Positions 47,250 through 56,746 of a stretch of DNA of 64,000 bases are shown here, in pieces. The DNA is taken from the NCBI GenBank assembly GCA_027308685.1, contig DAIDEE010000005.1, positions 26-64,025 on the forward strand. Reading direction: 5' to 3'. Below the pieces are notes generated by a model, which saw only the letters and a list, made by a program, of their open reading frames with translations, searched no databases and was not told the origin of the DNA. This DNA is from Acidocella sp. (GTDB lineage Bacteria > Pseudomonadota > Alphaproteobacteria > Acetobacterales > Acetobacteraceae). Position 1 is the stretch's first letter; each line of letters begins with the position of its first letter. The translations under genes were made by a program, and so were the position numbers.

Positions 47250-48257
47250 ATGAAAGCCGTTGCATTTACCCATTCCCATCCCACCACCCATGAAGACGCG
47301 CTGCGAGATATTGAAATTCCAGCACCCAGCCCGAAGGGCCGCGATTTGCTGGTGGAGATCAAGGCGGTTTCAGTGAACCCGGTGGATACCAAAGTCCGCC
47401 GTAACGATGAGCCGCTGGGGGAGACCCGTATATTGGGGTTCGATGCCGCTGGCACGGTACGCAGCGTGGGTTCGGAGGTGCGCGATTTCGGGCCGGGCGA
47501 TGATGTTTATTACGCCGGGGTGATCAACCGCCCCGGCACCAATGCGGAGTTTCATCTGGTGGATGAGCGCATTGTAGGCCACAAGCCGAAAAGCCTTACG
47601 TTTGCTGAAGCCGCGGCACTGCCGCTGACCTCGCTGACCGCCTGGGAAATGTTGTTTGATCGTTTCAAAATTCCGCGTGATCAGGCGGTGGGCGGGTCAT
47701 TATTGATTGTGGGTGGTGCTGGCGGGGTTGGATCGATGGCGATTCAACTGGCGTCCAAGCTGACAGATTTAACGGTGATCGCCACCGCCTCACGGCCTGA
47801 GACGATCGAATGGTGCAAGTCGCTCGGGGCGCACCATGTTATCAACCATCATCATAACATGGAAAGCCAGATTGCCGATATGGGGTTGGCAGCACCCGAG
47901 TATGTATTCTGCACCACCCATGAAGCCGTGCATTGGAATGCGATCGGGCATCTGGTGGCGCCGGAGGGCGCGATTGGGATTATTGAAACCGGAAAACCCC
48001 TGGATTTTTCAGTGATCATGCGGAAATGCGTGTCGGTGCATCCGGAATATATGTTTGCCCGGCCGCTGCTGCACACCAAGTCGATGGCAGCGCAGCACCG
48101 GACATTGGAGGCGATTGCGCATCTGGTGGATCATGGAACGTTACGCTCGACGATGACGGAGAATTACGGCACCATCAACGCCGCTAATCTGATCCGGGCG
48201 CATGCGGCGGTTGAGGCGCACGCGGTGCGTGGCAAGATTGTACTGGGTGGATTTTAA
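47250..48257 (+). CDS. Zinc-binding alcohol dehydrogenase/quinone oxidoreductase family protein
   Basis: VSVNPVDTKVR, GTNAEFHLVDERIVG and GGAGGVGS. Confidence 0.88.
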   Translation: MKAVAFTHSHPTTHEDALRDIEIPAPSPKGRDLLVEIKAVSVNPVDTKVRRNDEPLGETRILGFDAAGTVRSVGSEVRDFGPGDDVYYAGVINRPGTNAEFHLVDERIVGHKPKSLTFAEAAALPLTSLTAWEMLFDRFKIPRDQAVGGSLLIVGGAGGVGSMAIQLASKLTDLTVIATASRPETIEWCKSLGAHHVINHHHNMESQIADMGLAAPEYVFCTTHEAVHWNAIGHLVAPEGAIGIIETGKPLDFSVIMRKCVSVHPEYMFARPLLHTKSMAAQHRTLEAIAHLVDHGTLRSTMTENYGTINAANLIRAHAAVEAHAVRGKIVLGGF

Positions 48258-48955
48258 GCGCCGCGCTCGGCGCGCATCGCCGCCAGTGATTGCCGCGCTG
48301 TGCCGTCTGGCGCAAAATTCTCGGGCGCCAGCCAAGCGGTGAGAGCCGCCCGGCGGCTTGGCCATTCTGCAGCGGTTATACTGAACATTACGGAATCACG
48401 CTGGCGTCCTTTGACGATTTTATGGGCCCGCAAAATGCCCTCATGGGTGAAGCCCAGGCGCTGGGCGGCGCGGATTGAAGCGGCGTTCAGGGTGTCGCAC
48501 TTCCACACGATCCGGCGGTAGCCCAACTCGTCAGCGCAGCGTTTGAGGAGCAAAAACACTGCCTCGGTGGCGGCGCGGGTGCGTTGCAGGCGGGGTGAAA
48601 ACCAGACGCGGCCAAGCTCGATGGCGGCGTTCTCGGGTTGAATATCCATCAGGCCCAACCAGCCGGATACAACCCCAGACGCGACCGGCCGGATCGCCCA
48701 CATCATCGGGTCGTGCCTGGCGGCAGCGGTGGCGATAAAGCTGGCCAGAGACTCACGGGTGGGGAATGGGCCGTAGGGCACGTAGGTGAACGAGGCCTCT
48801 GCCCCGCTGGCCGCTTCAAACAGTTCGGCGGCATGGCGGCGATGCAGAGGCTCCAGCACGGCATGGGTGCCCATGATGGCGGTGCGGGCCGGTAGCGGGC
48901 GTGGCCAGGCATCGACCTCCGGCCCAACCGGCGGCCCCGCGAACGTATCAGCCAC
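48254..48955 (-). CDS. GNAT family N-acetyltransferase (RimJ/RimL-like)
   Basis: IELGRVWFSPRLQRT, GYRRIVWKCD and RLGFTHEG. Confidence 0.87.
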   Translation of the reverse strand: MADTFAGPPVGPEVDAWPRPLPARTAIMGTHAVLEPLHRRHAAELFEAASGAEASFTYVPYGPFPTRESLASFIATAAARHDPMMWAIRPVASGVVSGWLGLMDIQPENAAIELGRVWFSPRLQRTRAATEAVFLLLKRCADELGYRRIVWKCDTLNAASIRAAQRLGFTHEGILRAHKIVKGRQRDSVMFSITAAEWPSRRAALTAWLAPENFAPDGTARQSLAAMRAERGA

Positions 48956-50414
48956 GCAGGCGGGCCAGCGTGGCGGTGGTGGAATGGCCGGGCAGCAGTT
49001 CGGCGAGCGCTACCGTGCCACCCCAGGATTCCACTTCAGCCGCACCCACTACGGTTTCGCGCGTGTAGTCAGCGCCTTTGATCAGAATATCCGGCTTGAT
49101 GAGGCTTAGCGTGTTCAAAGGGGTGTCCTCCTCGAACATGCATACCAAATCGACACTGGCGAGCGAGGCCAGCACAGCGGCGCGGGCGGCTTCAGGCTGC
49201 ACCGGGCGGGTAGGGCCTTTGAGGCGCTTCACCGAGGCATCGGAATTCATCCCCACGATCAAGCGGTCGCACATGGCGCGGCATTGCTCGAGCAGATGCA
49301 CATGGCCGGGGTGGAGTAAGTCAAAACAGCCGTTGGTGAAGCCGACCTTGTAGCCGCGCATGTGCCAGCGCTCGGCGGCTTCAGCGGCGGCGGCGGCGGT
49401 GACGATTTTGCGCAATGCGCCGGTGACCGGGGTGATGGCGGCCAGCAATTCATTTGGGCGGGCGACCGCGGTGCCGACCTTGCCGACCACAATACCGCCG
49501 GCGATATTGGCCAGCCGTGCGGCCTCAAACAACGGCACCTGCACCGCCATCGCCGCGGCCAAAGTGGCAACCACGGTGTCGCCGGCGCCGGAGACGTCGA
49601 ACACGTCCTTGGCTTCGCCGGGGTAGTGGCGAACCGCGTGTGGTGTGACGAGCGTCATGCCGTCCTCGGCGCGGGTGACCAGCACCGCGCCGAACTGGTA
49701 GCGCTGAATTAACTCATGCGCGGCGGCAACGATGTTGGCTTCGGTGGCGACTGGCATGCCGGTGGCTTCGGCCAGTTCACGCCGGTTGGGCGTGACGATA
49801 TCGGCACCGTGGTAGCGTGAATAATCCGAGCCTTTGGGGTCCACGATCACCGGGCGGTTCATCGCCTTGGCGGCGGCGATCAGGCGCTGTGCGATCTCGG
49901 TGCTCAACACGCCCTTGCGGTAGTCGGAGAGCACCGTGACGGAGGTGGCGGCCATCGCGTCGGTGGCGATGCGGACTAGCCGTTCACTGAGTTTGGCGGG
50001 CAGCTCGACGGTTTCCTCGCGGTCAGCGCGGATGAGGTGCTGGCCGAGCGCGATGTAGCGGGTCTTCAGGGTGGTGGTGCGCCCGCCTTGCACCAGCAGC
50101 CAGGGCTCAACGCCCTGCTGGCCGCCAATTAAACCGGTGAGGTCGGACCCGGCCTGGTCATCGCCCACCACTGAGACAAACGCCGCCGCACCATCGAGCG
50201 CGGTGATGTTGCGGACCACATTGCCGGCACCGCCTGGCATCGCCACTTCGCGCGAGACGGTGAGGATGGGCACCGGGGCTTCCGGGGAAATCCGGGTGAC
50301 ATCGCCGTAAACGTAACGGTCCAGCATGACATCGCCCACCACCAGCACGCTGGCGCGGGCGAGTTGTTTTACATAGTTGCTGAGTTCGTTCAGGCTGGCG
50401 TCGGGTGCGGTCAT
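48948..50414 (-). CDS. hldE: Bifunctional heptose-7-phosphate kinase / heptose-1-phosphate adenylyltransferase
   Basis: RISPEAPVP, DVSGAGDTV, FTNGCFDLLHPGH and KGADY. Confidence 0.94.
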   Translation of the reverse strand: MTAPDASLNELSNYVKQLARASVLVVGDVMLDRYVYGDVTRISPEAPVPILTVSREVAMPGGAGNVVRNITALDGAAAFVSVVGDDQAGSDLTGLIGGQQGVEPWLLVQGGRTTTLKTRYIALGQHLIRADREETVELPAKLSERLVRIATDAMAATSVTVLSDYRKGVLSTEIAQRLIAAAKAMNRPVIVDPKGSDYSRYHGADIVTPNRRELAEATGMPVATEANIVAAAHELIQRYQFGAVLVTRAEDGMTLVTPHAVRHYPGEAKDVFDVSGAGDTVVATLAAAMAVQVPLFEAARLANIAGGIVVGKVGTAVARPNELLAAITPVTGALRKIVTAAAAAEAAERWHMRGYKVGFTNGCFDLLHPGHVHLLEQCRAMCDRLIVGMNSDASVKRLKGPTRPVQPEAARAAVLASLASVDLVCMFEEDTPLNTLSLIKPDILIKGADYTRETVVGAAEVESWGGTVALAELLPGHSTTATLARLRG

Positions 50415-50490
50415 GACAAAGCGCTAACCTCACGGCGCGATTTCGGCAAGCCGTATGGCACCGGCGCGGTTTCCTGCTTATGTTAAATTC

Positions 50491-51450
50491 ATGACGCCCC
50501 TTCCCGCTTTTCTCGACTCAAACCGGCCCGACGTGCCGGATCTCGCGGTTTCCCGCGGTATTACCCCGTTTTTTCTGCCAAACCAGCCGGTGCGCGGCCG
50601 GTTGATACGGCTGGGGCCGTTGGCCAACACGCTGCTGACCCGCCATGACCACCCGGAGCCGGTGCGGCGGCTGCTGGGGGAGGCGCTGGCATTGGCAGCC
50701 TCATTGGCGGCGGCGCTGAAGTTTTCCGGCTCGTTTTCGGTGCAGGCGAAGGGCGATGGCGCGGTTTCGATGCTGCTGGCCGACTGCACGGATATCGGCG
50801 CGCTGCGCGGTTACGCACGGGTGAACATGGAGCGTTTTGCCGCTTTGCCCGCCGATGAGCCTATCACTGCACGGACATTGCTGGGCGATGGGTATCTGGC
50901 TTTTACGGTGGACCAGGGGCCTGAGCGCGAGCCGCAGCAGGGGATTGTGGCTCTTGAGGGCGGCAGCCTCTCGCAAATGGCCGAACATTATTTTGAGACC
51001 AGCGAGCAACTGGCCTGCCAGGTGCATCTGGCGGCGGCGGAAACGCCGAATGGCTGGCGGGCTTCGGCGCTGGTGCTGGAGAAGATTGCTGGGGCGGGCG
51101 GGATAGACCCGGAGCTTAGCCATGCCGAGCAAGAGGAATCCTGGCGCACGGCCTGTATTCTGGCTGATACGATTACTGAAACGGAACTACTGAACGACGA
51201 GTTGCTGCCCGAGCGGGTGCTGTACCGGCTGTTTCATGGTGAGGGCGTGGCGGTGGACCGGCCACGAACGCTGGCATACGGCTGCCGGTGTTCACGGGCG
51301 CGGCTGGCGGATATTCTGGAAGGCTTCTCGCATGATGACCTGGACCACATGGCGATTGATGGTGATATTGTGATGACCTGTGAATTTTGTAATTTCGATT
51401 TCCGGTTCCCACGCGGCAGCGTCACCGGTAAGGAAGGTTTAACGCCATGA
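50491..51450 (+). CDS. hslO: Hsp33 redox-regulated chaperone
   Basis: YGCRCSR and MTCEFC zinc motifs, plus SVQAKGDG. Confidence 0.93.
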   Translation: MTPLPAFLDSNRPDVPDLAVSRGITPFFLPNQPVRGRLIRLGPLANTLLTRHDHPEPVRRLLGEALALAASLAAALKFSGSFSVQAKGDGAVSMLLADCTDIGALRGYARVNMERFAALPADEPITARTLLGDGYLAFTVDQGPEREPQQGIVALEGGSLSQMAEHYFETSEQLACQVHLAAAETPNGWRASALVLEKIAGAGGIDPELSHAEQEESWRTACILADTITETELLNDELLPERVLYRLFHGEGVAVDRPRTLAYGCRCSRARLADILEGFSHDDLDHMAIDGDIVMTCEFCNFDFRFPRGSVTGKEGLTP

Positions 51451-52166
51451 AGCGGCTACGATTTTTACTCCCCATGGCGGTGCTGGCGTTGAGCGCGTGC
51501 AGTGGCGATTCCAGCCCGCCGGTAACGTATGCACCGCTGAATTATTCCTATCTGCCGCCGATCAATTTGAAGGTGGTGACGGTGAATATCCAGAACAACT
51601 ACGTGCCGGATGCCGGTGCCCAGGCGTTGCTGGCGCAAGACCCCGAAACCCCCGCCGATGCGATGCTGGCGGTGGCGCGGCAGCGGTTGGTGGCGAACGG
51701 CACGCCGGGGACCGCAACCTTTACCGTGGAGACTGCCTCGATCGAGCCGGAGAACGGTAATTTGGTGGGGACACTGAGCGTGCGGCTGGATGTGGTGAGC
51801 GCCGATGGCCGGGCGAAGGGTTATACGGAGGCTTCGGTGAACCACAGCGAGACCGCGCCGGATTCCAATGACCAGGGTAAAATGCAGGCAGCCTTGTATG
51901 ACATCACCAAACAGCTGATGGATTCGATGAATGTCGAGTTGCAATACCAGATTCAGCATAATCTCGGCAGTTGGATTGCCTATTCCACCAGCGCGGCAGC
52001 CGCCCCGGTGACAAGTCATGGCGGCGTGGTGGGTGGTATTGTGGCAACGCCGCTGGCGGGGCCGCCGGGTGGAACGGTACCGGCGATGGCCCCACCCGCA
52101 CCGGTGGGGCCAAATGGGCTGGCACCTGGTGTGCATAATATGGTGCCACCGGGCATGCAGCATTGA
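51447..52166 (+). CDS. Putative lipoprotein
   Basis: Lipobox LSAC after a short signal, with a Pro/Gly-rich C-terminal tail. Confidence 0.72.
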   Translation: MKRLRFLLPMAVLALSACSGDSSPPVTYAPLNYSYLPPINLKVVTVNIQNNYVPDAGAQALLAQDPETPADAMLAVARQRLVANGTPGTATFTVETASIEPENGNLVGTLSVRLDVVSADGRAKGYTEASVNHSETAPDSNDQGKMQAALYDITKQLMDSMNVELQYQIQHNLGSWIAYSTSAAAAPVTSHGGVVGGIVATPLAGPPGGTVPAMAPPAPVGPNGLAPGVHNMVPPGMQH

Positions 52167-52513
52167 AGCTGCATCTTATGAGCCCCCCGCAGGCCACCGA
52201 GGCGGTGCCGATTGCGGCTGACAAATTGCTGAGCGGCGCGCCGGTTACGCGCACCTGGGTTCATTATGAGGAACCCGGCGGTAAATTGGCAGCCGGGCAA
52301 TGGGAAGCCAGCGTTGGCAAATGGCGGATTGCATATGCCGAGTGGGAATATGTGGTGATGATCTCGGGCCGCTGTGTTGTAAGCGGCGATGACGGCAGCG
52401 TTATTCATGCCGGGCCTGGGGATTGTTTTGTGATCGAACCGGGATTTACCGGCACCTGGGAGGTGCTGGAGACGATGCGCAAGCATTGGGTGATCGAGGA
52501 TCGGCCTGCTTAA
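52163..52513 (+). CDS. Cupin DUF861 (EutQ-like) protein
   Basis: GQWEASVGKW, EYVVMISG and GFTGTWEVLETMRKHW. Confidence 0.85.
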   Translation: MKLHLMSPPQATEAVPIAADKLLSGAPVTRTWVHYEEPGGKLAAGQWEASVGKWRIAYAEWEYVVMISGRCVVSGDDGSVIHAGPGDCFVIEPGFTGTWEVLETMRKHWVIEDRPA

Positions 52514-53406
52514 AACATGCAAAAATCCATGAAGCTGGTGTCCATGGGGGCGGACGGCAGCGTGTTGCGGTGGCGGGTTAGGGCGGCGGCGGCGGCATGC
52601 AGGCGTAACGCCAGCGCCATGTCATAAGTTTGCAGGCGGTCGCCTAAAATACCCATCCAGGCGATGTAGCCTTCGAGATGCGCTTCAACCATTTTGCGCC
52701 ATTGGATGGCGGTTTGGTTGTCATCATGCCAGCGGCCGGCGGCGATGGCTTCGAGCACGCCAAGTTTGGGGCCGTGGAAATGCAACATTGCAGCACTGCG
52801 CTCGTAGCCCCAATAGGGCTTCCAGTTCAGCCGAGGGTCCAGATGATCCCAATGGCCGCGATAGGCTTCGTTGAGCGCGATCTGGTCATCGTAGCTATGC
52901 GGTGTGGGCGCTGCAATCCGGCGGCGGATGAGTGATTCAAAATCATGGTAGCTGGCACGCATTGCGGGAACATTGAGGACCATGCTGCCGGAGTTGAAAT
53001 AGTTCCAGTTGTCGCGCTTAAATTCCGGGGCCGCTGCGAAAATTTTAGGCCGGATGGCGGGCCAGTTCACCGGCTGTAAAAAAATCATGTCGCAATCAGT
53101 ATAAAGCACAAACTCCGCTGAGGTTTCGACCTGCGGAATCGCGATCCGCAGCCAGTGGCCGATAGAGTAGGCTTTGAAGGTGCCGGCAGCTTGGGCGGCT
53201 TTGATGCTCTCGAGGAAGCTGGGCGCGGTGTTGATGATCTCAACGCCGCGCCTTTGCATCCAGGTGGTAAAATCGTTGGGCGCACCATAGTACAATAGGC
53301 GCGGCTCCAGCCCGCCAACGTTCAGTGCGGTATGCACCGCCAGTTTGGCATCCTCGCCGGTCTGGCCCGCAGCGCCTTGTTCGTCGATGGCGAAGTACCA
53401 GCGCAT
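52510..53406 (-). CDS. Glycosyltransferase family 8-like protein
   Basis: LYTDCDM (DxD), YFNSGSMVLN, DQIALN, NWKPYW and HFHGPK. Confidence 0.8.
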   Translation of the reverse strand: MRWYFAIDEQGAAGQTGEDAKLAVHTALNVGGLEPRLLYYGAPNDFTTWMQRRGVEIINTAPSFLESIKAAQAAGTFKAYSIGHWLRIAIPQVETSAEFVLYTDCDMIFLQPVNWPAIRPKIFAAAPEFKRDNWNYFNSGSMVLNVPAMRASYHDFESLIRRRIAAPTPHSYDDQIALNEAYRGHWDHLDPRLNWKPYWGYERSAAMLHFHGPKLGVLEAIAAGRWHDDNQTAIQWRKMVEAHLEGYIAWMGILGDRLQTYDMALALRLHAAAAALTRHRNTLPSAPMDTSFMDFCMF

Positions 53407-53415
53407 GAAACGGCG

Positions 53416-53876
<461 letters not shown>

Positions 53877-53880
<4 letters not shown>

Positions 53881-56729
53881 GGGTTTTCATCTCCTTGGGT
53901 TAGCGGGCCGATGATGCGGATGAAACAATCCCGCACTGCGGCCCGGTGCTGCTCTATGGTGAGGGTTAACTGTGTAACGTCAATGGTGCTGCTGGCGCGT
54001 AATAATGATGCCAGCGTGGCGGCTTGCGGGTGCTCGTCACGCTCATGCAGGCCGGTGATGCGGGCAATACCCTGGATGGTGCGCCATAACAGGTCCGCCG
54101 CCAGCAGGGTTACGGCATCGGTGCTGGTTAAATGCCCGGCTTCGGCCAAGGCCCGCAGGGCGGCAGCGGTGTTGGCGCGGAATAATGCCGGGTTGGCGGG
54201 ACCGTGGATGAGTTGCAGCGCCTCGGCGATGAAGGCCAGTTCAATCAAACCGCCAATGCAATGCTTCACATCCCACGGGCCTTCAGGCGGTATCTCAAGG
54301 TTGATGCGGGCCAGCATGGCGCTGGCATCGGCGCGGATGGTGGCGGCGGGCTCGGGGCGCGACAGAGCGATGAGGATTTCATCGGATAAAATCGGCTCAA
54401 ATTTCGGCGTGGCGGCCAGCACGCTGGCGCGGGTCAGGGCCATGCGCTCCCAGGTCCAGGATTCGGCAGCGTGGTAGCGTTTGAACGAGGCCAGCGAGAC
54501 CGCCACCGGCCCCTGATTGCCCGAAGGTCGCAGCCGCATATCGACATGATAGATCGGCCCTTCCGGCCCAGGCGCGGTGAGTGCGGCGGTGAGCGCGTGG
54601 GCCAGACGGACAAAATAATGCGTGGGCGGGGTATCCATGGGCGCGTGGTCGTAGATCAGCATCAAGTCGAGGTCGGAACCCGCCAGCATTTCGGCGCTGC
54701 CGGTTTTGCCCAATGCGACGATGCCGAATTTCATTCCACGGATGCGGCCGAATCGGGCGATGTGCTGAACCACGACATGCGGCAGCAAGGCGCCGAGTGC
54801 GGCTTTGGCGAGGTTGCTGCGCAGCCGGCCGGCCTCGTTGGCATCCAGCCGGCCTTCCAGCGTGGCGACCGAAAGATGAAATTCCTCGCGCCTGACGAAC
54901 CGGCGGGTGATGCTGACCACGCCTTCGAGGTCGGCAGCTTCATGCAGCAGGCGGCGAAGCGCTGGACGCGGCGCGGCAAAGCGGGCGGCGGGGCTGAGCA
55001 GCGCTTCGAGCGCCTGGGCGTCTTGCGCCAGATGCTCGGCCAGCACCGGGGCGGCACCCAGCACCGCCGCCAGACGGTCCAGCAGCGCGGGGTTGCGGGC
55101 GAACAACGAAAGTAATTGCACCCCGGCGCGTTGGCGCGAAATGAGGGTGTCAAAATGCAGGAAGGCGCGATCCGGGTCTTTTTGCCGCCCGAGCGCTTCG
55201 AGCAGGTGCGGCACTAATGAATCGAGCAGTTCGCGGGCGCGCTCAGAGCGCAGTGCTGGGATGCCGCCGCTCGACCAGGCACGCAGGCGCTCGGCCATGT
55301 GTTGAAAATCCGTGAAGCCGAGGGCCTTGAGCTTGATGGTGAAATCCAGCGGCGGCTTGCCGGTGTCGCCAGGGTCGATGACGGTGGCGGGGCCGGAATC
55401 GGCGTCGAAAAACGCCAGGAAATGCCGGTGCACGCGGTTGAGGCGTTTTGGGAAGGTTTTCAAAAAACCTGGATCATTCAAAAATATTGTGAATTGCTGC
55501 AAGCTCTCCGGGTTGGCGGGCAATGAGTGGGTCTGGCGGTCGGCCACCATTTGCAGCCGGTGCTCGACCCGGCGCAGGGTTTGGTAGTCAGCTGCCAGTT
55601 CCCGCGCCGCGGCTTCCGGCAGGTGGCGGGCGCGGGCCAGGGCGGGTAATGCTTTGAGAGTTTGCGGGATCCGCAAAGCTGGGTCTTCGCCGCCCCACAC
55701 CAGGCTGAGGGTTTGCACGATGAATTCGATTTCGCGGATGCCACCCCGGCCAAGTTTCACATCGTGGTCCAGCAGGCCGTTGGCGGCTTGGCGGGCATCG
55801 ATCTGGCGCTTCATGCCGCGAATATCCGCAATCGCCGCGAAATCGAGGTGGCGGCGCCAAATGAACGGACGGATGGCGGCCAGGAACATCTCACCCAGCG
55901 CAATATCGCCGGCCAGCGGGCGGGCTTTCGAGAACGCAGCACGTTCCCAGGTGCGGCCATGGCTTTCATAGTAGGTGAGTGCCGCGGCCAGTGAGATTAC
56001 CGGTGGGGTGGCGGCGGGGTCCGGCCGCAGCCGCAAATCGACCCGGAAGACGTAGCCGTGCTCGTCGCGGGTTGCAAATAAACTCACCAGATCGCGGGCC
56101 AGACGCGCCATGATGACTTGCGCATCGGGTGGATACACCGGACTTTGCGGGTCGTAGATGAGAACGAGGTCGATGTCGGATGAGTAGTTCAGTTCAAAGG
56201 CGCCGAGCTTGCCGAGCGCCAGTGCGACGAAGCCACATTTTTGGTCTGGTTCCGCTGGGTTCGGGAGCATGATACTGGTTTGATCATGCAGACTACGCAG
56301 CAGATGACGAAACGCCACCTTGAGGCTGGTCTCGGCCAGGGCGGAGAGCGCCAGGGTGACCTGGGTCAGCGGCCAGGCGCCGCCAATGTCTGCGACGGCG
56401 ATGGTGAGTGCTGCCTGACGTTTGGCGATGCGGAGTTTTTTGGAAATTTCAACGCGGCTGACGGTGGGCGGAATTTTCCCCAGGCGGGCCAGCAGGCCGT
56501 CGATAAGCGCTTGCGGATGAGCCAGCGCCTGCATCAGAATTTTTGGCTCCGCCAAAGCGAGGTCGGCAAGGTAGGGCGCGTTGCCGCCGAGAGCCCTCAG
56601 CACTGCCGCCCCTTGGGCCGTGTGAGCGAACTTAGCCTCGGCACGGCCCAACCCCGCAAAATCAGTGAGCAGCCGCGCGGCAGCTTGGGCGTCAGCGGGG
56701 GGTGGCCAGTGGGCGTCGGTGCTTTTCAT
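53877..56729 (-). CDS. glnE: Glutamine synthetase adenylyltransferase/adenylyl-removing enzyme
   Basis: Two nucleotidyltransferase domains (GKLGAFELNYSSDIDL and GKTGSAEMLAGSDLDL) and RVDLRLRP. Confidence 0.94.
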
Positions 56730-56746
56730 GTGCGGGACAAGACAGG

